Below are positions 36,518 through 43,976 of a stretch of DNA of 64,000 nucleotides, piece after piece. Both the position numbers and the translations under genes were made by a program. The DNA is taken from NCBI GenBank assembly GCA_024275315.1, contig JAJRZK010000012.1, forward strand, positions 1,869-65,868, in the 5' to 3' direction. A model generated the notes under the pieces. It was not told the origin of the DNA. It made no database searches and saw only the letters and a program-made list of their open reading frames with translations. Each line of letters opens with the position of its first letter. Position 1 is the stretch's first letter. This DNA is from Nitrospirota bacterium (lineage in GTDB: Bacteria; Nitrospinota_A; UBA7883).

Positions 36518-37507
36518 ATGTCGACAAGGCTTCTGGACCGACACAGCCGCGTTGTAGAATATCTCCGGGTGTCGGTGACCGACAGGTGCAACATGCGGTG
36601 CGCCTATTGTTCCCCCTCACCAGCCGTCGCTTATCGCATGTGCGATATTCTTCGATACGAGGACCTGCTCCGGTTGCTGGGGATTTTCGCGTCGATGGGG
36701 GTGCGCAAGGTGCGGCTTACGGGGGGCGAGCCTCTGATTCGCAGTGGGATAATAGGCTTCATCCACCAGGTAAGCGCCATACCGGGGATTGAAAAAATAG
36801 CGCTTACAACCAATGGCGTTAAACTGGAACAGATGGCGCCGAAACTTAAGCGGGCCGGTGTGTCCGGTGTCAATATCAGCCTGGATACGCTAAAGAGGGA
36901 CAAGTTCATCTCGATAACCGGCCGTGACGGGTTGGCGTCGACGCTGGCCGGGATAGAGTCTGCCTTGTCGGCCGGTATCGGGTCGGTGAAAATAAACATG
37001 GTGGTGATGCGGGGTGTGAACGACGACGAGGTGGTCCGCTTCGCTCTCAGGTTCCGCGACCGGAGAATACAGGTCAGGTTTTTAGAATTCATGCCAGCGA
37101 CGCCCGAAGTGTGGGATGAGAGCATGTTTGTCCCCATGAGCGACGTGAAAAGCCGCATTGAAAAGCTGGGAAGGCTGGTCGAGTGTGAAAAGGCGCAATG
37201 GGGCGGGCCGGCGAAGATATACAGGCTTGAAGGGTTCCGTAGTGAAATCGGTTTTATCTCCCCGGTCTCACGACATTTCTGCGGTGAGTGCAACCGGCTG
37301 CGTCTTACTTCGGCGGGTATATTGTTGACATGCCTGTTTGCAGGCTCCAGCGCCGACCTGGGCGGGATCATTCGATCGGGGGGAACCGATGTCGAGCTGG
37401 AGGAGGCTATATTAGAGGCGTTGAACGATAAAAACGCCGTGCGGAACATGAGCCGGAAAAATATGGCGCCGGGGGCGTTATTTCCCATGTCCCGCGTGGG
37501 CGGATAA
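36518..37507 (+). CDS. moaA: GTP 3',8-cyclase (molybdenum cofactor biosynthesis protein A)
   Basis: YLRVSVTDRCNMRCAYC (CxxxCxxC), LTGGEPL, and the C-terminal CxxCNRLRLT cluster. The start is taken at ATG 36518. Confidence 0.9.
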   Translation: MSTRLLDRHSRVVEYLRVSVTDRCNMRCAYCSPSPAVAYRMCDILRYEDLLRLLGIFASMGVRKVRLTGGEPLIRSGIIGFIHQVSAIPGIEKIALTTNGVKLEQMAPKLKRAGVSGVNISLDTLKRDKFISITGRDGLASTLAGIESALSAGIGSVKINMVVMRGVNDDEVVRFALRFRDRRIQVRFLEFMPATPEVWDESMFVPMSDVKSRIEKLGRLVECEKAQWGGPAKIYRLEGFRSEIGFISPVSRHFCGECNRLRLTSAGILLTCLFAGSSADLGGIIRSGGTDVELEEAILEALNDKNAVRNMSRKNMAPGALFPMSRVGG

Positions 37508-37527
37508 TAATTCTGGAGATTTATAAA

Positions 37528-37704
37528 ATGACCGAATCAGGTGATGTTGAATGGACCGAAGAGACCCTGGAGATATTGGGCAGGGTACCGGAGTTCGCCC
37601 GGGAAATGGCGAGGCAGATGATAGAAGATTTCACCCGGGACCAGGGGGAGAAACAGATTACACCCGATATCGTCAAACGCGCCAGGGCGAAATTCGGTAT
37701 GTAA
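37528..37704 (+). CDS. small PCP_red-like protein (58 aa)
   Basis: Below the ORF-track size cut-off. My translation is MTESGDVEWTEETLEILGRVPEFAREMARQMIEDFTRDQGEKQITPDIVKRARAKFGM. The pattern W..E....L..VP.F.R......E.F....G...IT...V..A resembles the C-terminal domain of protochlorophyllide reductase subunit B. GGAG lies upstream. Confidence 0.5.
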   Translation: MTESGDVEWTEETLEILGRVPEFAREMARQMIEDFTRDQGEKQITPDIVKRARAKFGM

Positions 37705-37774
37705 GAGCCGGTTGGCGTGGCGTCCGAACCCCGCCTTTACCGGAGCCGACGGCGCCGCTAAAGGCTCGGCCTTT

Positions 37775-37828
37775 GTATTCACACGCCCGCGTATTCACAC
37801 ACGCCCGCGTATTCACACACGCCCGCGT
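37775..37828. repeat. 16/18-bp tandem repeat, 3 copies (gtattcacacacgcccgc)
   Basis: Copies at 37775-37790 (16 nt), 37791-37808 and 37809-37826, with a degenerate tail. It lies in the convergent spacer between the PCP_red-like ORF and dsrH/tusB. Confidence 0.9.
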
Positions 37829-37876
37829 GTTAATACGCCCTCGCTTCCGCCGCTGGAGCGTGGCTGACGCAGGACA

Positions 37877-38170
37877 TCACAGCCAGGTGTTGGTCTTGTG
37901 TTGCGCCACCAGATCGACGAACCCGTCGTAGTCGACCAGTTTTACACCTTCTGCGACGGAACCCACTCCCCGGGCCTTCATGTCCGGCTCCAGTGCGTAT
38001 ACATCGTTGCGGCTCATGATTTCTTTCAGGGCGGGTTCGTGTTTCGATCCGGATCTGGCGGCCAGCGTCCCGTCTTCTATCAGCAGTATCACCGATCCTT
38101 TCGTTGCGAACCTGGCGGCTTCGGTGAGCGTGTTGTGTGTGAATGGCGACTTGTTTACGGTGTGTAACAC
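37877..38170 (-). CDS. DsrH/TusB-family sulfur relay protein
   Basis: 97 aa. MLHTVNKSP......L.......G..ILLIEDG...A, and VYAL..D..ARG. Confidence 0.8.
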   Translation of the reverse strand: MLHTVNKSPFTHNTLTEAARFATKGSVILLIEDGTLAARSGSKHEPALKEIMSRNDVYALEPDMKARGVGSVAEGVKLVDYDGFVDLVAQHKTNTWL

Positions 38171-38191
38171 GGGCTGGACAGCTCCTTTTCG

Positions 38192-38596
38192 TTAATAGGG
38201 TATGATAGCGTGCTGGTTTTCCATGATCGCCGCTATTTCCTCGGCTTCCTTCACTTCGATATCGATGGCGAAATCTTCGGGTACCAGGCCACGCTCCTCC
38301 ATCGATATTCGGTCGACATAAATTTTCTCCACCTCGTAATCGTCCAGCACCCCATAGGTCTTGATAAATCCCTTGATACCGATGTCGTCGGTCATCTGGT
38401 CTTTCACCAGGGCGAACAGACCGTCGCCGATGAAGACCATGGTCAAATCCTGCTCGAACGCGGCCATGATGAGCACAGTCTCAAGCCCTTCATAGCTGTA
38501 TATGGTTCCATGCGGGGCGCTCCGCATTACGAACATGATTTTTTTCACGTTTTGGTCGTTTTCCGTCTCGTCGACGTTTCCAGTGCCGTCGTTCAT
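38192..38596 (-). CDS. DsrF/TusC-family sulfur relay protein
   Basis: 134 aa. After a ~18-aa acidic N-terminal extension comes KKIMFVMRSAPHGT....EGL...L..AAF.Q......F.GDG. Confidence 0.8.
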   Translation of the reverse strand: MNDGTGNVDETENDQNVKKIMFVMRSAPHGTIYSYEGLETVLIMAAFEQDLTMVFIGDGLFALVKDQMTDDIGIKGFIKTYGVLDDYEVEKIYVDRISMEERGLVPEDFAIDIEVKEAEEIAAIMENQHAIIPY

Positions 38597-38613
38597 ACAG
38601 GTGTCCCCTTGAC

Positions 38614-38970
38614 CTAGCCGAATGTGATGAGCCTATCGGCTTCGATTGTCATTTCCGTAAGCTGGCCCAGACCGGATATGCGCGTGCCTTCGATGATATG
38701 GCCCTCTTTTACGCCACGACGCTTCGAGGCGGCGATACAGGCCACGATGTCTATACCGTGATCCTTGCCAAGCTCGGTCCATCGGGCGAATATGTTTCTG
38801 TCGTCCTGGGGCGGTTCCGCCAGGTTGTTTACGTTTATCACGCCGTCATGATAAAAGAATATCCGGACAATCTCGTGTCCTTTGGACAGGGCGGCTTTTA
38901 CGAAATTGTACGCGGTGTCGGAGGCCTGGTTGTTATACGGTCCTCTTAAAACCTGGACGGCGAATTTCAT
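38614..38970 (-). CDS. DsrE/TusD-family sulfur relay protein
   Basis: 118 aa. MKFAVQV...PY..Q....A..F..AAL..GHE...IFFY.DGV, with the conserved Cys in VACIAASKRRG. Confidence 0.85.
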   Translation of the reverse strand: MKFAVQVLRGPYNNQASDTAYNFVKAALSKGHEIVRIFFYHDGVINVNNLAEPPQDDRNIFARWTELGKDHGIDIVACIAASKRRGVKEGHIIEGTRISGLGQLTEMTIEADRLITFG

Positions 38971-39009
38971 ATATTAATTTTTCTCCGTTATTGTTGTATC
39001 TAAAGCCTT

Positions 39010-39030
39010 CAGGTTGCTCCGGGCAACCTG
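39010..39030. promoter_or_regulatory. perfect 8-bp inverted repeat CAGGTTGC-tccgg-GCAACCTG
   Basis: Read directly. It lies 40-60 nt upstream of the dsrE/tusD start codon (38970). Confidence 0.3.
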
Positions 39031-39133
39031 CGTTGATAGATAGATGCAGGTTTGGTTGTAAAGATTCAGATTAAACCAGATGGGAGAAGACAGGTTCGGG
39101 TTTTGGGATACGCGTCGGTGTCGGGCGGGTTTG

Positions 39134-39406
39134 TTATTCCAGCGCTTTTTTGAGTTTATCCATCCCCTCGGTAATGGTTTTTTTCGCCGTGTCTATTTTT
39201 TTCTCAGCCAGGTACTTTCTAACAGGTTTCGGTAGCGTAAGGTAGGAGACCGGGTTTGCGCCCCGGGCGTCCACGTATGTCCCGTCAAACGCGGGACTCT
39301 CTTTCATCACCGCCGCCACACCTCCGTCGTGCACGATGATATGCACGTTGAGCAGTGTCAGAATTGTGATGGCGCAAGCGATAATGGCGATGAACAGGTT
39401 TTTCAT
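39134..39406 (-). CDS. small membrane-anchored or secreted hypothetical protein
   Basis: 90 aa with an N-terminal hydrophobic segment (MKNLFIAIIACAITILTLLNV). It lies 30 nt downstream of the giant ParA-like gene on the same strand. Confidence 0.5.
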   Translation of the reverse strand: MKNLFIAIIACAITILTLLNVHIIVHDGGVAAVMKESPAFDGTYVDARGANPVSYLTLPKPVRKYLAEKKIDTAKKTITEGMDKLKKALE

Positions 39407-39436
39407 TTTGTCAATTCCCGTTTATTTTGGATATAG

Positions 39437-42400
39437 TCAGTTCAACCTCCAGTTTTTCTCTATACGGCTGATCTCTTCTTCCAGCGATTCGTGGCTTATA
39501 TGAGCTTCCCGTAAAAGCTTTTCGCGCAGGCGTTTGACATAGCGCTGTTTTTCTTCATGGAACGATTTTTCCAGCTCCGCTTTTTTGTTCATGATTTCAG
39601 AAATAAGCTCCTGACGGAGTTTGTACTCCTCGGTTTTTATCTCCATGTTCAGCAGATCGAGCTTTTTCCTTTTTTCCACCTCGATCTCCCTGGTCAGAGC
39701 CTCCAGCCGGTTCTTTTCCTCTTTTTCCATTTCAGCGTCAAGCAGTTTGATACGGTCGGCCTGCGCGGTGGCAAGCTCGGCGTCGAGCTCGTCCCGTTTT
39801 CTGGCGACCTGGGCTTCGACACCGGCCAGCATTTTTTGAAGCTCTGCGCTTCTGGAGCGCTCCAGCTCAGACCTGTATTCCCGCTCGATTCTCATCTTTT
39901 CAAATTTCGATTCGCTTTGGGCCTGTTTGATTATCTGTTCGGCTTCATAAGAGACGGAATCCTCCATCTTGCGGCGGCGCCGGTCCCGCTCGATCTGCAG
40001 TTCCATGGTCATCTTTTCCCTTAACTCCAGGCGCAACCGCTCTGTTTCATATTGCACCCATTCCTTTTGCCGCTCCCAAAGCTGTTCCCGCCTCTGCTCC
40101 ATCTGCTTGCTCGCGGCCGCCTCGGCTTTTTCGTTTTCCTGCTTGATTTTTTCGAACAGGATCGCCTTCTCCTCGGCGATCTCTATGGCCAGCTGGCGTT
40201 TCAGGTCTATCCGCTCTGTCTCGATTTCCTGCTCGATTCCGGCCCGGCGCACGGCTTTTTCCTCGGATAGTTTCGCCATCATCTCGCGTGTTTTTTCCTC
40301 TCGCTCCCTGGCGATCTCCTCTCTCGCTTCCGCGGCCATTTTCTCTCTTTGGATGGCCATGTCCCTGCGTATGCTGTGGATCAGCTCGGATCGCTTCATG
40401 TTCAGCTCGTTTTTCAGGGCTTCTATGGCTTTTGTTTTTTCTTTTTTCAGCTTTTCGTGGATCAGCTCAAGCGCGCTTTGTCTCTTCGCCTCCATCCTGT
40501 TTTCCAGCAGGGCGTTTAGGGTCTCCTCCTCTTCGGCTATGCGAGCCCTGGCGGCGGATAACAGCCTTTCTCTTTCCTCGCTTTCCAGTCGCCGGTTTTT
40601 TTCGACGCTCTGTTTTCGCATGAGGTCCATCTCCGCGGCGAGCCTGGCCTGTTCATCATGTTTTTGCGCCTCGATCTGGTTGCGCATCTCCATCTCCTGG
40701 TGGATGATCCTGGGGCGCATCTCGGCCTTGAGCTCGGCCTGGATTTCCCTGCGTTCCACCTCCAATTGCCCGATCAGGCGTTTTCGGGCCGCCTCTTCCT
40801 CGGCGATTATCCGATCTGTCATCTGGTCGCGCAGTATCTTTTCTTCGTTGGCGATAGATGTTTCCAGATGCGCAATGCGCTGGTTACGATCCTTCGCGAC
40901 CTCTTCTTTGACCTTTTTAATGAGGCCGGCCTTGTATTGCTCCACCTGCGCCCGGGTCTTTTCGAGCCATTTGCTGCGCGCGCTGGCAAGCTCCTGCTCC
41001 ATCGATTCATTCAGCGCAGACCGTCTCCTGTCGATTTCATCGGCCAGGGATTTTATGCGTTCTTGTTTCTCCGCCGCGAGGGCGTTGTCGAACGCTTTGA
41101 GCTTTTCTGCGCGAATGGCGCTGATCTCGTTTTCCAGCGACATGAGCAATTCACGTTTTTCCGCGTCAACCCGCTCCCTGGTTTCCGCGCAGAGCTTTTC
41201 ATAGAGTTTGCGCGATTCTATCTTGGCCGCCTGTACCTGGCCGGACTTGTAACTGATAATCTGTTTTTGGGCTTCATATTTCAGGTCGTCGTATTCAAGC
41301 TCTATCTTTCTTTTTTCTTTTTTAGCGTACTTGGACAACGCGCTGGTGATCTTGGCTTTTTTGGACTCCATATCCCGCTTGAGCGCGGCGTTGGTTCTGG
41401 TTTTCGCTTTTTTTGCAAAGACGGCCAGTTCGCGTTCATGCCGGGCGATTCGCTCCTTTTTTTCCGCGGCGAGGGTGTCAATCAATTCCTTGGTTTTGGC
41501 CTGGCGTGTCATGTCCAGCTCTTTGTTCATCGAAGCGATGATCCGTTGCGCCTCGAAGTCCTGTTTCTTTTCCAGGATCGATTTCATGCGCTTGCTCTGG
41601 AGCTCGTGTTCCGTGTCGAAATGTGATGTCAGGAGCATCACTTCACGGTATATGTCATCCATGAGCATCTGCCGTCTGGCGTCGATCTCTACTTTTACTT
41701 CGGATTTTAGTAGCGACCGCAGTTTGTTTATTTCACTGCGTACCATATCCTTTTCAGTTTCGTGGAAGCGACTGATCTCCTCTTTTATGGAGTTGATTTT
41801 TTTCTCCCGATCCTCTTCGAGCTCCTGCCAGACCATTTCGCGGATATTTCCCATTTCCTTGTTGGCGCTGGCGCGCATCTCGTAGCGACGCCGCTCGGAG
41901 ATTTCCTCTATGGATTGCTCCAGTCTCTCCATCATTTTGCTTCTGGCCTGCTCGATCTCTTCGTCAACCTGTTTTTGACGCTCCGCTTTTTGCTCCTCAA
42001 GTTCCTGGTTCATCCTGGAGTTTTCAAGATCGCGCAAGGAGGCGATATCCCTTTCCATGTTGTCCAGTTTCTGGCGTTCAATTCTGCGCAGGCTTTCCTC
42101 TATCTGGCTGGTGCGGGTGCTCTCATAATTCGCCGCTTCGGCCTCCGCCTGGTCCATCAGGATTTTGCGTTCTTTCTCCACTTCCTCGATGATCCGGCCC
42201 AGTTCCGCTTCGCGTTCCACCTGGAGCTTGTTTTCTATTTCCAGTTCGCGTTCCCGGACCAGCGTCTCCAACTCCGTTTCGACCCTGGCCCGAAGCTCGC
42301 GTTTTTCAGATTCTATCTCTTCGTCGATATGGGCGCGGCGCGTGGCGCGATATTCCATCAGCCCGGATTCGATGTGTCCGATCTGCGCCTGTTTAGTCTC

Positions 42401-43489
42401 TTCTATCCGCTCGCGAAGTTTTAACAGCGCGTTTTTGTGGATTGTTATCCCGTCCAGACCGGAGACGCTTTTCGATACGTTTCTGTACGCTTCGGCAAGG
42501 GGCGATTCCGGGTCGAGCATTGTTGCCGGGACCTTGTCCAGAGTGGATCGGACCAATGCGTCGTCTTTCGGGATAAAACCTGCGTAATGAACCGGAAATC
42601 CCGTTATATTCTCCAGCGTTTTTTTTGTTTCCGGTCCGAAATCGAGGTCATCGAAGGTTTCGGCCTTGTTCACCAGCAGGTGTAGCAAAGGTTTTCCTTT
42701 TCGCAGATAATCGATTTTTCTCAACAGCGCGGGGTCGTCCCCACAGCTATCGCCAAGCTCGTCCAGTAGTGATTCGTTATCGACGCCAAAGGGATGGCCG
42801 CTTCGCAGTCTGGCCGCTCTGTCCTTGATTTTCCGCGTCTTGCGGAACTCCGTTTCGACCGCCCGGGTGGCGAGGTTCAGGGCGAGAGACCTGGTGTGCT
42901 TTACGGTCGACCTGTCCGGCTCCAGAACCAGCATGGAAACATCCGCCTCGAGCAGGTAATCCAGCTTTATATGGTCCGAGACAAGGCCAAGATCGAGGAC
43001 CACGAATTCCGTGTTGAGGTTGGAGAATTTTTTTACAAGGTTTTTTTTGAGCCGCTGGGTCCTGTCTGTAAAATTGTAATATTCAATACCGCTCTCCATG
43101 AGCGCGAGGTTGCTGTACCGGGTGGGGATCATCGCCTTGTTAAGGGTTTTTATCTTTCCGGAAAGATAGTCCCGGATCGTATGGGTTCCCTCGCCTGTAT
43201 CAATTTGGTCTCTTAACGGTTTCGACCCGAAAGCAAGATCCACCAGCAATGTTTTCCTGCCGGCAAGGGCGAGAATCGATGCGATATTCGCCGCGGTTAC
43301 AGATTTCCCGCCACCGCCCGATATGCCTGTGACAGCGATTGTTTTTACAACTGTTCCGGGAACGGTCGCCCCCGGCTCCTGGCAAATAACGGAATAAAGG
43401 TCACTTCCATCATTTTCCTTGCCACCTGCGCTGGTATCTGCCGCCATGACGCAATACCCCCAATATTCAGTAGACCCACCATAAACCAT
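39437..43489 (-). CDS. MinD/ParA-like P-loop NTPase fused to a ~1000-aa coiled-coil region
   Basis: 1350-aa ORF. The N-terminal ~330 aa carry KTIAVTGISGGGGKSVTAANIA...LLVDL, FVVLDLG, MLVLEPD and a MinD/FlhG-like FIPKDDALV...P segment. The remainder is an uninterrupted E/R/K/L/A-rich heptad-like sequence. The likely true start is ATG at complement(43445..43447), preceded by GGGGG. Confidence 0.8.
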   Translation of the reverse strand: MVYGGSTEYWGYCVMAADTSAGGKENDGSDLYSVICQEPGATVPGTVVKTIAVTGISGGGGKSVTAANIASILALAGRKTLLVDLAFGSKPLRDQIDTGEGTHTIRDYLSGKIKTLNKAMIPTRYSNLALMESGIEYYNFTDRTQRLKKNLVKKFSNLNTEFVVLDLGLVSDHIKLDYLLEADVSMLVLEPDRSTVKHTRSLALNLATRAVETEFRKTRKIKDRAARLRSGHPFGVDNESLLDELGDSCGDDPALLRKIDYLRKGKPLLHLLVNKAETFDDLDFGPETKKTLENITGFPVHYAGFIPKDDALVRSTLDKVPATMLDPESPLAEAYRNVSKSVSGLDGITIHKNALLKLRERIEETKQAQIGHIESGLMEYRATRRAHIDEEIESEKRELRARVETELETLVRERELEIENKLQVEREAELGRIIEEVEKERKILMDQAEAEAANYESTRTSQIEESLRRIERQKLDNMERDIASLRDLENSRMNQELEEQKAERQKQVDEEIEQARSKMMERLEQSIEEISERRRYEMRASANKEMGNIREMVWQELEEDREKKINSIKEEISRFHETEKDMVRSEINKLRSLLKSEVKVEIDARRQMLMDDIYREVMLLTSHFDTEHELQSKRMKSILEKKQDFEAQRIIASMNKELDMTRQAKTKELIDTLAAEKKERIARHERELAVFAKKAKTRTNAALKRDMESKKAKITSALSKYAKKEKRKIELEYDDLKYEAQKQIISYKSGQVQAAKIESRKLYEKLCAETRERVDAEKRELLMSLENEISAIRAEKLKAFDNALAAEKQERIKSLADEIDRRRSALNESMEQELASARSKWLEKTRAQVEQYKAGLIKKVKEEVAKDRNQRIAHLETSIANEEKILRDQMTDRIIAEEEAARKRLIGQLEVERREIQAELKAEMRPRIIHQEMEMRNQIEAQKHDEQARLAAEMDLMRKQSVEKNRRLESEERERLLSAARARIAEEEETLNALLENRMEAKRQSALELIHEKLKKEKTKAIEALKNELNMKRSELIHSIRRDMAIQREKMAAEAREEIAREREEKTREMMAKLSEEKAVRRAGIEQEIETERIDLKRQLAIEIAEEKAILFEKIKQENEKAEAAASKQMEQRREQLWERQKEWVQYETERLRLELREKMTMELQIERDRRRRKMEDSVSYEAEQIIKQAQSESKFEKMRIEREYRSELERSRSAELQKMLAGVEAQVARKRDELDAELATAQADRIKLLDAEMEKEEKNRLEALTREIEVEKRKKLDLLNMEIKTEEYKLRQELISEIMNKKAELEKSFHEEKQRYVKRLREKLLREAHISHESLEEEISRIEKNWRLN

Positions 43490-43524
43490 TTCATTATAAT
43501 GGGTTATATCGCATGTGTCAACAA

Positions 43525-43558
43525 ACAGGATTAAACTCCCGTTTACAGGATTGAAACT
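43525..43558. promoter_or_regulatory. two 13-bp direct repeats ACAGGATT(A/G)AACT spaced 20 bp
   Basis: 43525-43537 and 43545-43558, lying 35-70 nt upstream of the ParA-like gene in the 475-nt divergent spacer. Confidence 0.3.
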
Positions 43559-43976
43559 TTATATAACATATCAACCCTGCTGATCCCCCTGGACCCGATT
43601 GCGCCTATTGCCATGACCGACTCTGCGGGAGATGTTACCCTCGACAGCCGCTCCGGCAGCCTGTCGGCGTATATTTTTAACAACCAGATAGAGGTTGTGT
43701 TTCGTGGAAAAACTGAGAGGACTGGCAACAATCAACCCCGGTATTGCCGGGGGCGCACACCCATGCGGATATTTATCGACGATCTGGATTAATATCAGCG
43801 GTTTGTCGTTAAAAATGAACTGGAAGAAACCTGAACTGTATAGTAATCTTAAAATATTAGACCGGAAGGCCGGTTGTAAGCGCAATATTGTTCGAAATAT
43901 CTTAACCGAGAAGATATATGCCATGCCTTCAGGTGTCATGTCATGCTTTAGTTAAATATACCAGGTGCTTCATAAT

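Noticed and set aside
39557-43216. Long '+'-strand ORFs (up to 411 aa) opposite the ParA-like coiled-coil gene
   Set aside because: They are antisense to a 1350-aa ORF that has recognisable P-loop motifs. Their translations are S/F/R/L low-complexity strings typical of the reverse frame of E/K/R-rich coiled coils.
43490-43964. ORFs of 62-122 aa in the 475-nt divergent spacer between the ParA-like gene and the repeat-protein gene
   Set aside because: They overlap each other on both strands and have no RBS or motifs. The region is better explained as a divergent promoter and regulatory spacer, as it holds direct repeats at 43525-43558 and small inverted repeats.
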